A DNA stretch of 64,000 nt from Candidatus Caenarcanales bacterium (GCA_020050435.1 JAGVKQ010000022.1:17305-81304); one strand, 5' to 3'. Shown: positions 8,744 through 20,101, counted from the stretch's first letter. Notes: generated by a model not told the origin, from the letters alone. Program-made: numbers and translations.

Positions 8744-11038
8744 TCAAGGTGCAATATTACTATCAACCTCTTTATATTTCTTTTTAAAGAAACCACCCAT
8801 TTTGGGTTGCTCTTCTGTTGGCATTACTGGTTGTGCTGGTTCGGCTGGTTCTTGCTGAATTATATCCATTGGTGTAGGTGGTTCTTCAACCCTTGGTTCT
8901 TGAACCATAATGTTTATATCTTGTTCTAGATTGTCAGGATTTAAGATGACGTCACGTTTTGTTTCTTCTATAATATCTGCTTTGTTTTCATTGTCTTCAG
9001 GATTTTCTTTTTCATCTAAATCATCTTTCAATTCATCTTTATTGAAAAGTGGTCCGCTAAACAATCTTGAGAAAGGTCTAAATCTTTTTGCACCATCTGG
9101 TACTGGTGCAAAGTCAACAGGTTCTGTACCTGGGAAAAATCGACGTTTAACAGGATGTGATGTATAAGGTGTAGCTAAAAGTCCAGTAAGTGGATCTACT
9201 AATAATTCTTTCATAGATGCTTCATCTGGAAATGCGCCCGGCAAAATATCTTTATCTGCATAATATGCCTGGTAGTATTTTTTCCATACCCTGGCTACTA
9301 TAGCTCCTCCAGTTACACCTTTTCCAAAAATTGGTTTAAAGTGGTCATTTCCACCCCATATAGCTGTGGAATAATCAGGAGTAAATCCAATAAACCAAAC
9401 ATCCCTTGATTTATCTGATGTTCCAGTTTTTCCCGCAACAGGTCGATCATCAAGCTTTGCAAGAGTTCCAGTACCTCTTTTTACTACATCTTGAAGTATG
9501 CTAACAAGAACTGATGTTGATCCAGTAGAGGCTGCTCGTATGGGTACAGGATCATTTTTTTCTATGATTCTCTTTTTGGGATCTTCAATTTTTCTAATCA
9601 AAATAGGTTTTATATAAATGCCGCCTCTTGCAAAAGTAGCGTAAGAAGCAGCTGCTTCTAGTGGAGAAATAGCAGCACTACCTAGAGCTAATGATAAGTT
9701 TGGTTTAAGTTCAGTTTCAATACCACATGCTCTTGCCATTTTTATAACATTTTCAATACCAACTTGTTTGGCAACTTTTACGGCTGGAATATTTCTCGAT
9801 TTTACTAAGGCTTCTCTGATAGTAATGGTTCCTAGGAATGAACCATCAAAATTCTTTGGCTCCCAAACCATGTCACCATCGGGGTAAGACACTTTGGCAT
9901 CTTTAATTTTTGTACTTGGATCAATTAACCCCGCTTCAATAGCAGCTAAATAAGTAAATGGTTTAAATGCAGAACCAATGGTGTGCGGATTTGTAGCTCT
10001 GTTCCATTGGTGTTTCCAATAATCTCCAACCCCACCTACAAGAACTCTTATTTGTCCTGTTCTTACATCTACAGAAGCAAGAGCATATTGTGTAACTCCT
10101 GAAGGTGCATTTTTTATTTCTTCGTTTAGTATTCTTTCTGCTTTGATCTGAGCATCAGGATCTAATCCAGTGTAAACTTTATAACCTTTTGCTTTCAATT
10201 TTTGAATATCAAATCTTACTTTTAATTCTTCTAATACATATGAAAAATAGTAAGGGTAAAGTTCAAACTGACCTGGTGCAGATCTAAAGTGAAGCTTTTC
10301 TTTCTTTGCGCTTTCATATTGTTTATTTGTAATGTAACCAAACTCATGCATTTTTTTTAATACAAGATTTTTTCTTACTATGCCCTCATGCCTTTCTCTG
10401 GAAAGCTGACTGGGGGCTTTTAAAAGACCAGCTAAATATGCTGACTCTCCAAGGGTTAAATTGTTTGCACTCTTATTGAAGTATTTTTGAGCTGCTCTTT
10501 GAGCTCCATAAGCTCTACTTCCCCAAAAAACTTGATTCAAGTAAAGTTCTAAGATTTTATCTTTATTAACTTTTTTTTCCAATTCAAGCGAAAGAAGAAT
10601 TTCTTTTATCTTTCTTGAAAATGTTCTTCCTCTCTCATTTTCAGGGATTAAAAGGTTTTTTACTAGCTGTTGAGTAATGGTGCTAGCACCTTCTACAATT
10701 CTTCCGGCCTGGAGATTTACAAAAAATGCTCTTATAATTGCTGGCGGATCAATTCCGGAATGTTCATAAAAATCTTTATCTTCAATTGCTAAAACAGCTC
10801 TTTTTAAATAAGGGGATATTTCACTTAGAGGAACGACTTGTCTGTCTTCTTCCCCTTGTAAGAACCCTACAAAATTATCTTTATAATCATAAAGCTCAAT
10901 AGAACTAATGGGTTCATACTCAGTTATATTATCGAGACTGGGTAAACCAAAATAATCATTTAATGATGGAAGGGCTAAATAAGTACCTATTCCAATCCCT
11001 AAAATAAAAGCTAAAAGAAAAAGAAGTCTATTATTCAT
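8744..11038 (-). CDS. class A penicillin-binding protein (glycosyltransferase + transpeptidase) with a Pro/Glu-rich C-terminal tail
   Basis: GT51 motifs (EDKDFYEHSGID, GASTITQQLVKN) and the transpeptidase SxxK motif (SAFK). The start is placed at MNNRLLFLL (11038) rather than ORF position 11083, because a terminator hairpin lies at 11071-11097. Confidence 0.9.
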   Translation of the reverse strand: MNNRLLFLLAFILGIGIGTYLALPSLNDYFGLPSLDNITEYEPISSIELYDYKDNFVGFLQGEEDRQVVPLSEISPYLKRAVLAIEDKDFYEHSGIDPPAIIRAFFVNLQAGRIVEGASTITQQLVKNLLIPENERGRTFSRKIKEILLSLELEKKVNKDKILELYLNQVFWGSRAYGAQRAAQKYFNKSANNLTLGESAYLAGLLKAPSQLSRERHEGIVRKNLVLKKMHEFGYITNKQYESAKKEKLHFRSAPGQFELYPYYFSYVLEELKVRFDIQKLKAKGYKVYTGLDPDAQIKAERILNEEIKNAPSGVTQYALASVDVRTGQIRVLVGGVGDYWKHQWNRATNPHTIGSAFKPFTYLAAIEAGLIDPSTKIKDAKVSYPDGDMVWEPKNFDGSFLGTITIREALVKSRNIPAVKVAKQVGIENVIKMARACGIETELKPNLSLALGSAAISPLEAAASYATFARGGIYIKPILIRKIEDPKKRIIEKNDPVPIRAASTGSTSVLVSILQDVVKRGTGTLAKLDDRPVAGKTGTSDKSRDVWFIGFTPDYSTAIWGGNDHFKPIFGKGVTGGAIVARVWKKYYQAYYADKDILPGAFPDEASMKELLVDPLTGLLATPYTSHPVKRRFFPGTEPVDFAPVPDGAKRFRPFSRLFSGPLFNKDELKDDLDEKENPEDNENKADIIEETKRDVILNPDNLEQDINIMVQEPRVEEPPTPMDIIQQEPAEPAQPVMPTEEQPKMGGFFKKKYKEVDSNIAP

Positions 11039-11070
11039 TGATTCATTTAATAAAAAGGCCCTTAAAATTA

Positions 11071-11097
11071 AAAACCGGCACAAGAGCGCCGGTTTTT
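11071..11097. terminator. bidirectional rho-independent terminator (aaaaccggcacaagagcgccggttttt)
   Basis: A perfect GC hairpin flanked by A-runs and T-runs, lying between two minus-strand genes. Confidence 0.5.
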
Positions 11098-11129
11098 ATT
11101 ATATCTTTTAGATACGGTAAAGATACTTC

Positions 11130-11594
11130 TTAGGAAAATTCCTTTGAAGCGCCTTCAGCTGTCCACTCGATAGCATCTGGGATACCTTCGAATGCTGAAT
11201 TGAGTGTATTGCAATGTAATGGTTTTTCTAAACCAGCCCATAGACCTTTAGCAGTCCAAAGCAAGCCACCAACTACTGCATGTACTACAGCTCCAGGAGC
11301 AGCACCAAAGATAATACCAGCAAGTGTTTCGCCAGCACCGTCTTCGTCGCCTAATGCGCCTGCTACTGCTTTTGTTCCTTTAACAGCACCACGAACTAAT
11401 CCTGTTGCTGTGCCTACAAGTAAACCTGTAGCACCTGCAAGAGCACCACCAACAAGCTTGAATGGTAATCCAAGTGTCCATTCAATAACTGGTTCTGTTT
11501 TCTTACATCCTGAACTGCTTTCATCTGCTAAAGCAGCTGTAGGAATTAAAATAGTTGCAACTAATAATAGTGCAAGTAATTTTCTTTTTAACAT
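11130..11594 (-). CDS. Gly/Ala-rich putative lipoprotein
   Basis: A signal peptide (LLALLLVATILIPTAALA) and a Cys shortly after, followed by a glycine-rich body. Confidence 0.5.
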   Translation of the reverse strand: MLKRKLLALLLVATILIPTAALADESSSGCKKTEPVIEWTLGLPFKLVGGALAGATGLLVGTATGLVRGAVKGTKAVAGALGDEDGAGETLAGIIFGAAPGAVVHAVVGGLLWTAKGLWAGLEKPLHCNTLNSAFEGIPDAIEWTAEGASKEFS

Positions 11595-11821
11595 TCTTAT
11601 TTTGCTCCTTTTTTTGATTGATTAAAATTACTTAACCTCAACCGATAATTAAAGCAAGTGATTGCCATATTGAGAGCTTGCGAATATGTATTTTTTACAA
11701 AAGTGTATGCTAATGCATTAATGTTTGATATGAAATAGGTCTTTATTTGCGTAAATTTAGTGTTTTTCTATGAATTTTCCTATTCTTTGTTTTAATTGTT
11801 ATAAAACGCATCTTTATACTT

Positions 11822-12892
11822 ATGCTAATACAAACAAAAACCATTCTGATTTTATTTATTGTTTTTTACATGCTTTGTTCTCAAAAAGCATATTCTCAAC
11901 TTTTACTTAAGGGTGGTATCCAAACATCTGTACAAAAAGGAAGTAAATTAGAAATCAAGTTGTCTGCTCCTTTAAATTTTTACTTTAGTGCAGAAGGGGA
12001 TAAAATCCAGGGACTTATAAATGAAGATATTAAAGTCTCAGATGATTTAGTGATTCCAAGAGGAAGTCTAATCTCAGGATATGTAAAAAAAATTATAGAA
12101 CCAAAACATTTCGGAAAAGATGGTTCTTTTGAAGTAGAGTTTGATGAAATTATTACACCCCATAATATTTCTATTCCAATTCAAGCAAGTACAAGTACAG
12201 ATACTAAAAGTGTTTCTGAAAAAACCGCAGATATTGTGACTTATGATTCTGCTCTAATTGCTTACGGTACTTTTAATGGGGCACTTGCTGGGCTTCAATA
12301 TGGTGGGATTCCTTTAGCAGTGTCAAGCCATGGAATTAGTGTACTTGCAGGAGCAAGTGTAGGAGCAGGAGCGGGAATAGTTGGTTCTCTAATAAGGAAA
12401 GGAAAGATTCCTATTACTACATATGGAAGTACTTCGAGCTTTCTTTTGAAAAGCAATCTTTATATATTAGGAAACCAAGATGAGTTAAAAGCGGCAAGCG
12501 GTAAGCGGACAGCGGTAATTCCAGAATACAAAGGGTTTCGATTTAATCCTGTAGTAAATAAACAGCAAGTTGAAGTGAATATTCTAAGTCATTCAAAGCT
12601 CCATGATAAAAAATATGGAAATTATATTGAAATTAAATTAAATATAAAGAATAATTCAAATCGCTCAATAAGCATTTCTGACTTTAAATTGGCAAATATA
12701 AAACAAGCAAAAAAAGAGTACTTGAATCCTGATCTTTTTTTAACAGGTCTTGAATCTTTAAAAACAATTAAACCGGGAAATGAATTAGAAGCTAAAGTCA
12801 CATATTTAATTCCTTCCAAGAAAGAAAACTACTCTATTGTTCTTGTAGATCCTTTAGATATGAATGAGATTGTAACTATAAAACTGATATAA
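11822..12892 (+). CDS. hypothetical secreted protein
   Basis: An N-terminal signal peptide and no recognisable motifs. Confidence 0.5.
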   Translation: MLIQTKTILILFIVFYMLCSQKAYSQLLLKGGIQTSVQKGSKLEIKLSAPLNFYFSAEGDKIQGLINEDIKVSDDLVIPRGSLISGYVKKIIEPKHFGKDGSFEVEFDEIITPHNISIPIQASTSTDTKSVSEKTADIVTYDSALIAYGTFNGALAGLQYGGIPLAVSSHGISVLAGASVGAGAGIVGSLIRKGKIPITTYGSTSSFLLKSNLYILGNQDELKAASGKRTAVIPEYKGFRFNPVVNKQQVEVNILSHSKLHDKKYGNYIEIKLNIKNNSNRSISISDFKLANIKQAKKEYLNPDLFLTGLESLKTIKPGNELEAKVTYLIPSKKENYSIVLVDPLDMNEIVTIKLI

Positions 12893-12899
12893 TACTTTC

Positions 12900-13895
12900 A
12901 TGACTGAAAAAACAATAGAAGAAGCGGAGAAACCTGTGTCAAAAGATTGTAATTATGAAGGAATAGACTTAGATTTAATCTCATATTTTGGTGGGAAATT
13001 TATCCCGCTTCGCGAAGCAAACGTAAATATTATGACTCATGCATTTCAGTATGGTACAGGAGTGTTTGAAGGAATTCGTGGTTACTATAATGCTGAAGAA
13101 AAACAAATGTACATTTTTCGTATGAAAGAACATTATGAAAGATTACATAATAGTTGTAAGTTGATTAGATTAGAGTTAGATAAAACTGTAGATGAGCTTT
13201 GTAAGATTACTGTAGAGCTTATGAAAAGAAATAAGCCTGAATGCGACATGTACATTAGACCGAATGTTTATAAAGCAGGTATCGTTGTGGGTCCTTCATT
13301 AATAAATAAAAATGGTGGAAATCCTACAGGACTTTCTATTTGTACTATGCCAATGGGTGACTATGTAGATATTTCAAAAGGGCTTCATGTTTGCGTTAGT
13401 AGCTGGTTTCGTGTAGAGGATAATGCACTCCCTGCTCGTGGAAAAATTCAGGGAAGTTATGTGAATGCTGCACTCTCTAAGACCGATGCTTTGTTAACTG
13501 GCTTTGATGATTCTATTGTTTTATCTGGTGATGGACATGTGTCAGAAGGCAGTGCCATGAATTTATTTATAGTTCGTGATGGAAAACTAATTACTTCTGG
13601 AGTAGCTTCAAATATTCTTGAAGGAATAACCAGAGCTACTATTATTGAATTAGCTAAAAATGAATTTGGGATAGAGACTATGGAAAGACAAATAGATAGA
13701 ACTGAATTATATGTAGCTGATGAAGCATTTTTCTGTGGTACAGGTGCTCAGGTAAGCCCTATAACTAAAATTGATAATAGAGAAGTGGGTACAGGAAAGC
13801 CTGGAGCTATTTCTAAGAAATTACAAGATCTGTATTTTGATGTAGTTAAAGGTAAAAAGGCTAAGTATAAAAACTGGTGTGAGCCAGTATTTTAA
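12900..13895 (+). CDS. ilvE: branched-chain amino acid aminotransferase (class IV)
   Basis: Collinear with IlvE, and the size fits. Confidence 0.8.
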   Translation: MTEKTIEEAEKPVSKDCNYEGIDLDLISYFGGKFIPLREANVNIMTHAFQYGTGVFEGIRGYYNAEEKQMYIFRMKEHYERLHNSCKLIRLELDKTVDELCKITVELMKRNKPECDMYIRPNVYKAGIVVGPSLINKNGGNPTGLSICTMPMGDYVDISKGLHVCVSSWFRVEDNALPARGKIQGSYVNAALSKTDALLTGFDDSIVLSGDGHVSEGSAMNLFIVRDGKLITSGVASNILEGITRATIIELAKNEFGIETMERQIDRTELYVADEAFFCGTGAQVSPITKIDNREVGTGKPGAISKKLQDLYFDVVKGKKAKYKNWCEPVF

Positions 13896-14012
13896 AATTA
13901 TCCTATCAAGAGTTTCTTTTTATTAATGATTTTTAACATTATTACTAGGAAAAGTACTTTATCTTAAAAGCTTTAAAGTCATATACTTAATAAGTAATAA
14001 GCAGGAGTATGT

Positions 14013-14585
14013 ATGTCAAAAAAAATCAATTTGTTATTTATAGTTTTATTGCTTTCAAGTATTTCACAGGCTTCTTTTTCTCAAGTTTCTCAGAAAAGTG
14101 AAACCACTACTGTAACAACTACTACTATCAATAATGCAGATATAAAACTGGAATGTCCTGGTTATGAAAAACGAATAGAAGAACTAAAGTCTAATATACA
14201 AATCTTAGAACAAAAAATAAGTGAAGAAAAGCTAAAAGGTGAAAATCTAAAGCAAGGTGTAATAGATGCAGCAGAAACTAAGATTAAAGAATTAAATGAA
14301 CAAATTACATACAATCAAGATATCTTAAATGTGTGTAATGGGAAATTAAATAAACCTGATCCTAGCAAATGTACTAATTTTGAAAAAATAATTCAAAACC
14401 TTAATTCAAATAAGCAAATCTTAGAGAAAAGAATAGCTGAAGAAAAAGCAAAAGGTGAAAATGCAATGCCATCAGTTATTGATGTAGCTGAAACTAACAT
14501 TAAAGGACTTGATGAAGAAATTGTTCGTATGCAAAAAGCATTAAACACTTGTATAGAAGTTCAGGATCCTTTAGCTAATAAGTAA
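14013..14585 (+). CDS. secreted coiled-coil protein with an internal tandem duplication
   Basis: A signal peptide, then two roughly 60-aa units that are clearly homologous to each other (…IQILEQKISEEKLKGENLKQGVIDAAETKIKELNEQI… / …KQILEKRIAEEKAKGENAMPSVIDVAETNIKGLDEEI…). Confidence 0.5.
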   Translation: MSKKINLLFIVLLLSSISQASFSQVSQKSETTTVTTTTINNADIKLECPGYEKRIEELKSNIQILEQKISEEKLKGENLKQGVIDAAETKIKELNEQITYNQDILNVCNGKLNKPDPSKCTNFEKIIQNLNSNKQILEKRIAEEKAKGENAMPSVIDVAETNIKGLDEEIVRMQKALNTCIEVQDPLANK

Positions 14586-15762
14586 TTTTAAATATTGGAA
14601 GATCTGAACCTTGAATAAATTCATAGGAATTATCACATCGAAGTTTGTGACCTCCTGATAGAATTTTATAACTTAACCAAGAAGGTGTAATGCCTGTTTT
14701 AGAGCATTCTTCACAAGGACATGCAAGGTGTACTTCTTCTATTCCTTCAAGGTTATTAGATTTTAAGAAGTCTAAGATTCCTTTTTGTACTAGAGTAAGA
14801 AACTCTGATCCTTTTTGACCGGCAATTGTTAGATTCTTAGAGCCAAAATCACTTTTAATTATTACCTCCTTAGGATTATTAACAGGATCAGAACTAAGAC
14901 ATATTACGGAGGGATCAACATCAGTTACATATTTGCCTAGTTTTATTGCTAGAAATGGTATTGAATACCCTTCATGAAAAGTTTTTATTTTCATTGCTGG
15001 ATCTAACTTCTTTTTTGACGTTTCATACAAATGATAAGGTTGATTTATAGGAAAAATAATGTCGTCGCCGTGCTTTATTAGAACATTTAGTTTTTCTAAC
15101 TCACTTATTAGATTATCTACTTCTTCTTTAATTCCTAATTTACTCAAAATGCCAACAAATTCATTTCTGCTGACCTTCACCAACTCTTCTTTGGATCTAC
15201 CTTGGCTGGATGCTTGATTGATAATTCTCATTGCAAGATTACAAAAATAAAAATCTTTTTCTGTTATTTCCTGATTTGGTAAGTCTGTAGCTAATTTAAG
15301 AACTTCATCCCTTAATTCATCAATTCCATCATTAGAGCTACTATCTACATAAAATACATCAACCCCATTTTCTGGTTCTGGACTTTTACCAGGATCACAA
15401 TAACCACCCCTTGCCGTGTTGCAATGAGTGTCCACAGCAATAACATTTGATCTATTCGTAGGGTCAACTATTTTTTTCATTACTAACCATTGAGATCTGG
15501 CATCATCGATGTTAATTTGTTCTCTATTTATAGTTCTAGTTACTAAAAAGAGAGGATGAATTTTTCTTATAGGTTCAATTGAAGGAATAAAATGTTGTAT
15601 TTGCCCACCACAATCTATATAAACTATTCCATTTGCTTTATCTCTTGTTAAAGTCACATTAGGGGTCATAGCAGACCCTTTTTTAAAACCACTACCAGTT
15701 AATCTTCTAATGAGTGAAGTTTTACCAGCATTACCTTGTCCTATTACTGCTATAGGTTTCAT
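14575..15762 (-). CDS. Ras-like small GTPase domain protein with a ~220-aa C-terminal extension
   Basis: A P-loop GQGNAGKT[S] and switch II DCGGQ (Ras: DTAGQ), followed by a domain of unknown function. Confidence 0.55.
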   Translation of the reverse strand: MKPIAVIGQGNAGKTSLIRRLTGSGFKKGSAMTPNVTLTRDKANGIVYIDCGGQIQHFIPSIEPIRKIHPLFLVTRTINREQINIDDARSQWLVMKKIVDPTNRSNVIAVDTHCNTARGGYCDPGKSPEPENGVDVFYVDSSSNDGIDELRDEVLKLATDLPNQEITEKDFYFCNLAMRIINQASSQGRSKEELVKVSRNEFVGILSKLGIKEEVDNLISELEKLNVLIKHGDDIIFPINQPYHLYETSKKKLDPAMKIKTFHEGYSIPFLAIKLGKYVTDVDPSVICLSSDPVNNPKEVIIKSDFGSKNLTIAGQKGSEFLTLVQKGILDFLKSNNLEGIEEVHLACPCEECSKTGITPSWLSYKILSGGHKLRCDNSYEFIQGSDLPIFKITY

Positions 15763-15861
15763 AGATTTATCCTGTCAACTATTCTAGTAAAGAGGTTGAA
15801 AGATAGCAAATCTTTATCATAAGAAAAACATTAAATTTCTCTAATAATACAAATTAAGAAT

Positions 15862-17025
15862 TTATTTAGTAATCACTACTAAAGAGTCAGATATTACTTT
15901 TCCCTGCGCTCCTATAAATCCAGTTTGATTAGGAATAAAACGACCATCTGTATCGATATGTCCTACTCTAACATCAGACATTCTTTTTCCTAGTGATTTT
16001 AAAAATCCATGTAAAAGAGGCATGTTTTCTTTTTGAATAGTTCCTTCTATATCTGAGTGTGTAAAATTACAAAAATTTCTATCTGATGCTGCTGAAATAA
16101 CAACGTTTCCTCCTCTAACAATTAACTTTGACATTTCATCAAACCAAGTTTCTGGTATGTCTGCTACATAATTACCTACATTAGCTAGTCTTATATCGGA
16201 TACACTTTCTGGCGTTCTGAAAATATAAGGTAGATCTAAAATATCTGCTTTAACTAACTGAACATTTGTAGTTTCTGCAAAGCCTATAAAACTTCTATAA
16301 ACCTCTTCTATTAAATCTGACCTATCAACAAATGCAAATTGTCTATTTGGAAATTTTGTTGTTTCTGGAATTTGTCCAAGACCGCTAATTCCTGTGCAAA
16401 GATCTAAATGTATAAGACCATTTCTTCCAGAATTAAATACCGGCATTATTTCTTTTCTACCCTCAGCAATATTAAAGCCAAATTGTAATGATAGTAATCT
16501 AGCAATTTTTTTTCTTAATTCAGTATCATTTTGCATGTCCAAAACTGCACTTGCTATTTCTTCTACAGGTTTGCTTGCTTCTGGATTAAATGCTATGTCC
16601 ATTGCTTTTTGTATTGGGTCAGAGTGTTGTATAACACCGGGAAATTCGCTACTTGCTCTGTTTATAAAATAAGGTGCCATTTTAGAGCTTCCTTGCTGAA
16701 GGCATCTAACAACTAACATTTTTTTGTTTGGTGTAACTATGTTTTGAGAAGTTATATAAAAACAAATTTCCCCAAAGAGAACTTGATAATCTCTTTCAAG
16801 AGTATCAATTGTTTCTTCTATTTCTGTTCTTTTTGATGCTGGAAGTTTTCTTTTAAAATCAGATTTAACTTCTTGACCAAGTGTTATTAGCTCTCTTGCT
16901 AAAGTAACTTCTTTGGAAGCAAGTGTTCTGTGTACATCAGAAGTTGTAACCTGTGCTGATGCTGAAGCACTACTGTGACTAGAATCTGGTGATAAATATA
17001 ATCTTTGATTTAAACTAGTAATCAT
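15862..17025 (-). CDS. hypothetical protein (387 aa)
   Basis: An ORF co-directional with the GTPase and immediately upstream of it. Confidence 0.45.
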   Translation of the reverse strand: MITSLNQRLYLSPDSSHSSASASAQVTTSDVHRTLASKEVTLARELITLGQEVKSDFKRKLPASKRTEIEETIDTLERDYQVLFGEICFYITSQNIVTPNKKMLVVRCLQQGSSKMAPYFINRASSEFPGVIQHSDPIQKAMDIAFNPEASKPVEEIASAVLDMQNDTELRKKIARLLSLQFGFNIAEGRKEIMPVFNSGRNGLIHLDLCTGISGLGQIPETTKFPNRQFAFVDRSDLIEEVYRSFIGFAETTNVQLVKADILDLPYIFRTPESVSDIRLANVGNYVADIPETWFDEMSKLIVRGGNVVISAASDRNFCNFTHSDIEGTIQKENMPLLHGFLKSLGKRMSDVRVGHIDTDGRFIPNQTGFIGAQGKVISDSLVVITK

Positions 17026-17129
17026 GGATAAATATTGTAAATAAAAGTCTTAAATTTGATATTAAATTCCTCTAATAATACCTATTTAAGGTGAGTTGGC
17101 ATTTCTGTGGAATAAAAAATATATAGTAG

Positions 17130-17513
17130 TTAAGCAACTGAAAGTTCTTCAACTAGTTTTGGTAAATTAGCAGCTTGACTGGTTTGTCTGTGAAATAAAG
17201 ACCTAAACTTTTCTAACTCCCCGTCATTAGTACCTACATTTGTAGAGTGTAAAATTAATTGTATCCATGGATAACTGCATAAGGCTTTTCTAGCAAATCG
17301 TCCACCATTTCCACCATGTTCATTAGGCATCTGAAAATCAACTACTACAAGTCCTATATCCCGGTGTTCTTTTAACTTGGCTAGTCCGTCATCAGTATGC
17401 TCAGCTTCTATTACTGTATGCCCAGCTCTTTCCAGAAATCCTTTTGCCATACGTCTTTTAACAAGACTATCATCGACAACTAATATTTTCAACTGTACTT
17501 GTGAAATACTCAT
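17130..17513 (-). CDS. stand-alone response-regulator receiver (CheY-like)
   Basis: Receiver hallmarks are present: an acidic pocket (VVDDS), the phospho-acceptor Asp in VVVDFQMP, and a conserved Thr (ILHST). Confidence 0.7.
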   Translation of the reverse strand: MSISQVQLKILVVDDSLVKRRMAKGFLERAGHTVIEAEHTDDGLAKLKEHRDIGLVVVDFQMPNEHGGNGGRFARKALCSYPWIQLILHSTNVGTNDGELEKFRSLFHRQTSQAANLPKLVEELSVA

Positions 17514-17577
17514 AGGGCGAAAATTATATCTTGAAAAATTTCTTAATTAGAGCATTTTTATAAAAACTTAAGATTTT

Positions 17578-18246
17578 TTATTTCTTCCTAGCCCAGACTA
17601 ATCTGCTTCCATAAGTGTTTTTATCGAATGACAAGATGTCAAAACTGGATAAGAGTCCTTTTAATTCTTCATCTGTAAAATTTCTTAGCATCATTCCTTT
17701 TCTCATGTCATCTGTGTAAACATGAGTAGAATCTTCTAATTCAAAATATTCGCCTTTGCCTGAACCTACTTGATCAAAGCATCCGAAGAAAAATCCTTTA
17801 TCGACTAAAGTTTTACTTATCTTTTCAAAAACTATTTTTGCCTGGTCATATCTAAAATGTTCAAGTGAAGAGTTTAAAACAATGGCATCAAAAGTTTTTT
17901 CTGGGAATGGCATTTCGAAAATATCACCACAAACAAAATCTATGTTTTGAATGTTGTCTTCTTTTTTCCATTGATTAGCTAAAGTTATGGCTGCTTCTGA
18001 AATATCCATACCAGTAACATCAAAATTATATTTAGATAGAAAAACTGATAACCACCCTGAACCACATGCAAGGTCTAATACTTTTTTTAGTTGAAACTTT
18101 TTAAATTTTCTAGCTACTTCGTGAATGTAAGGTAATTTAGGTGGATCTTTGTGAATCTTAGTGACCCTAGTCCATGCAGTATCCCAAAAATTTAAATTAT
18201 CTTTGTAAATCTGTTCTATATCTTGGTTGTTTTGTATTGCACTCAT
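17578..18246 (-). CDS. class I SAM-dependent methyltransferase
   Basis: Motif I VLDLACGSGWLS and later MTase-fold motifs. Confidence 0.75.
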   Translation of the reverse strand: MSAIQNNQDIEQIYKDNLNFWDTAWTRVTKIHKDPPKLPYIHEVARKFKKFQLKKVLDLACGSGWLSVFLSKYNFDVTGMDISEAAITLANQWKKEDNIQNIDFVCGDIFEMPFPEKTFDAIVLNSSLEHFRYDQAKIVFEKISKTLVDKGFFFGCFDQVGSGKGEYFELEDSTHVYTDDMRKGMMLRNFTDEELKGLLSSFDILSFDKNTYGSRLVWARKK

Positions 18247-18373
18247 TACTGGTTTATGGTTGATAGTTTATGGTTTGATGGTGTAAGGATTTCCTTAAGA
18301 TTATTAAATACTAGTATAATTTAACATAGAACAGTAAGTAATAACATGTATCTGGAAGATAATAGGAGTGAAA

Positions 18374-20077
18374 ATGGATAAGAATCTTAAACATCAAAGT
18401 AAAACAGTTTGTGATGGTCCAGAACGTGCACCACATAGAGCTTTCTTTCGTGCAATGGGATTAGGCGATAAAGAAATCAGCCAACCATTTATAGGCGTAG
18501 CTACTACATGGAATGAAGCTACTCCATGTAATTTAACTTTGCATGATCAGGCAGAAGCAATTAAAAAATCAATTTCAAAAAATGGTGGAACACCACGTGA
18601 GTTTACAGCAATTTCAGTTAGTGATGGAATAGCCATGGGACATGAAGGCATGAAATCATCTCTTGTTAGTAGAGAAGTTATTGCTGATTCAGTAGAGCTT
18701 ATGATGCGTGGACATTGCTATGATGCACTCGTAGGAATTGCAGGTTGTGATAAAAGTCTTCCTGGAATGATGATGGTAATGCTTAGACTTAATCACCCAT
18801 CTATTTTTCTTTATGGTGGAACGATTATGCCAGGAAAACATAATGGACAAGATATTACTGTTCAGGAAGTTTATGAAGCTGTCGGTGCGCATAGTGCTGG
18901 AAAAATAAGTGATGAAGAACTTTATGCGATAGAATGCGGAGCTTGTCCTGGAGCGGGTTCGTGTGGTGGTCAATTCACTGCAAATACCATGGCATGTGTA
19001 GCAGAGGCGATAGGGATTGCATATCCTGGAAGTAGTGCATTTCCTGCTATTGATCCGCTTAGAGCTAATATGCATGAAATATTAGGTAAAACCATAATGA
19101 CTCTCTTAAAAGAAGATATTAAACCACGCGATATTATGACTAAAAAAGCATTTGAAAATGCAACTAGAGTAGTAGCTGCTACAGGTGGTTCTACAAATGC
19201 TGTTTTACATTTGCCAGCTATGGCATATGAAGCTGGATTTAAATTCACTGTGGAAGACATTGAAAAAATATTTAATGAAACACCATATTTTGTAGATCTT
19301 AAGCCAGGTGGAAAATACACTGCTTATGATGTTCACAGAGTAGGTGGTGTACCTGTAATTTTAAAAGTTCTATTAGATGCAGGTCTTTTACATGGTGATT
19401 GTTTAACAGTCACTGGTAAAACAATGGCTGAAAATTTGAAAGACATAAAGTTTCCAGAAAACCAAGATGTAGTTCGTCCAATTTCTCAAGCAATGAGTAA
19501 AACTGGTGGAGTGAAAATTCTAAAAGGAAATCTTTCCCCAGATGGTGCAGTAGTAAAAGTAGCAGGATGTAAAAAACTTATTCATCGCGGTCCAGCAAAA
19601 GTATTTGATGGTGAACAAAGTACATTTGAAGCTATTATGAATAAAGAAGTTAAAGCTGGTGATGTTGTAGTAATTCGCTATGAAGGACCACAAGGTGGAC
19701 CTGGTATGCGTGAAATGCTCTCTGTTACAGCAGCACTTTATGGTCAGGGATTAGGTGCTGATTGTGCTCTATTAACTGATGGAAGATTTAGTGGTGCTAC
19801 ACGTGGACTTATGGTGGGTCATGTAGCTCCTGAAGCTTATGTCGGTGGTCCTATTGCTTTACTACAAAATGGAGACATAGTAGAAATCAATGCTGAAAAA
19901 GGAACCATCACAGTAGAACTTTCTGATAGTGAATTAAAATCCAGAAAAACTAAATGGAGAAGACCAGAACCAAATTATAAATCTGGTGTTTTAGCAAAAT
20001 ATGCATCATTAGTAGGAAGTGCTAGAGATGGAGCGGTTACTACTGCTAAGTTTGAGAAAGAACCTTCAATAGTTTAA
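18374..20077 (+). CDS. ilvD: dihydroxy-acid dehydratase
   Basis: Collinear with IlvD/EDD family signatures ([26 protein letters not shown]). The start is placed at MDKNL, behind a GGAG-like RBS. Confidence 0.95.
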   Translation: MDKNLKHQSKTVCDGPERAPHRAFFRAMGLGDKEISQPFIGVATTWNEATPCNLTLHDQAEAIKKSISKNGGTPREFTAISVSDGIAMGHEGMKSSLVSREVIADSVELMMRGHCYDALVGIAGCDKSLPGMMMVMLRLNHPSIFLYGGTIMPGKHNGQDITVQEVYEAVGAHSAGKISDEELYAIECGACPGAGSCGGQFTANTMACVAEAIGIAYPGSSAFPAIDPLRANMHEILGKTIMTLLKEDIKPRDIMTKKAFENATRVVAATGGSTNAVLHLPAMAYEAGFKFTVEDIEKIFNETPYFVDLKPGGKYTAYDVHRVGGVPVILKVLLDAGLLHGDCLTVTGKTMAENLKDIKFPENQDVVRPISQAMSKTGGVKILKGNLSPDGAVVKVAGCKKLIHRGPAKVFDGEQSTFEAIMNKEVKAGDVVVIRYEGPQGGPGMREMLSVTAALYGQGLGADCALLTDGRFSGATRGLMVGHVAPEAYVGGPIALLQNGDIVEINAEKGTITVELSDSELKSRKTKWRRPEPNYKSGVLAKYASLVGSARDGAVTTAKFEKEPSIV

Positions 20078-20101
20078 TAACTTCTTGAACAGGTAATTAA
20101 T

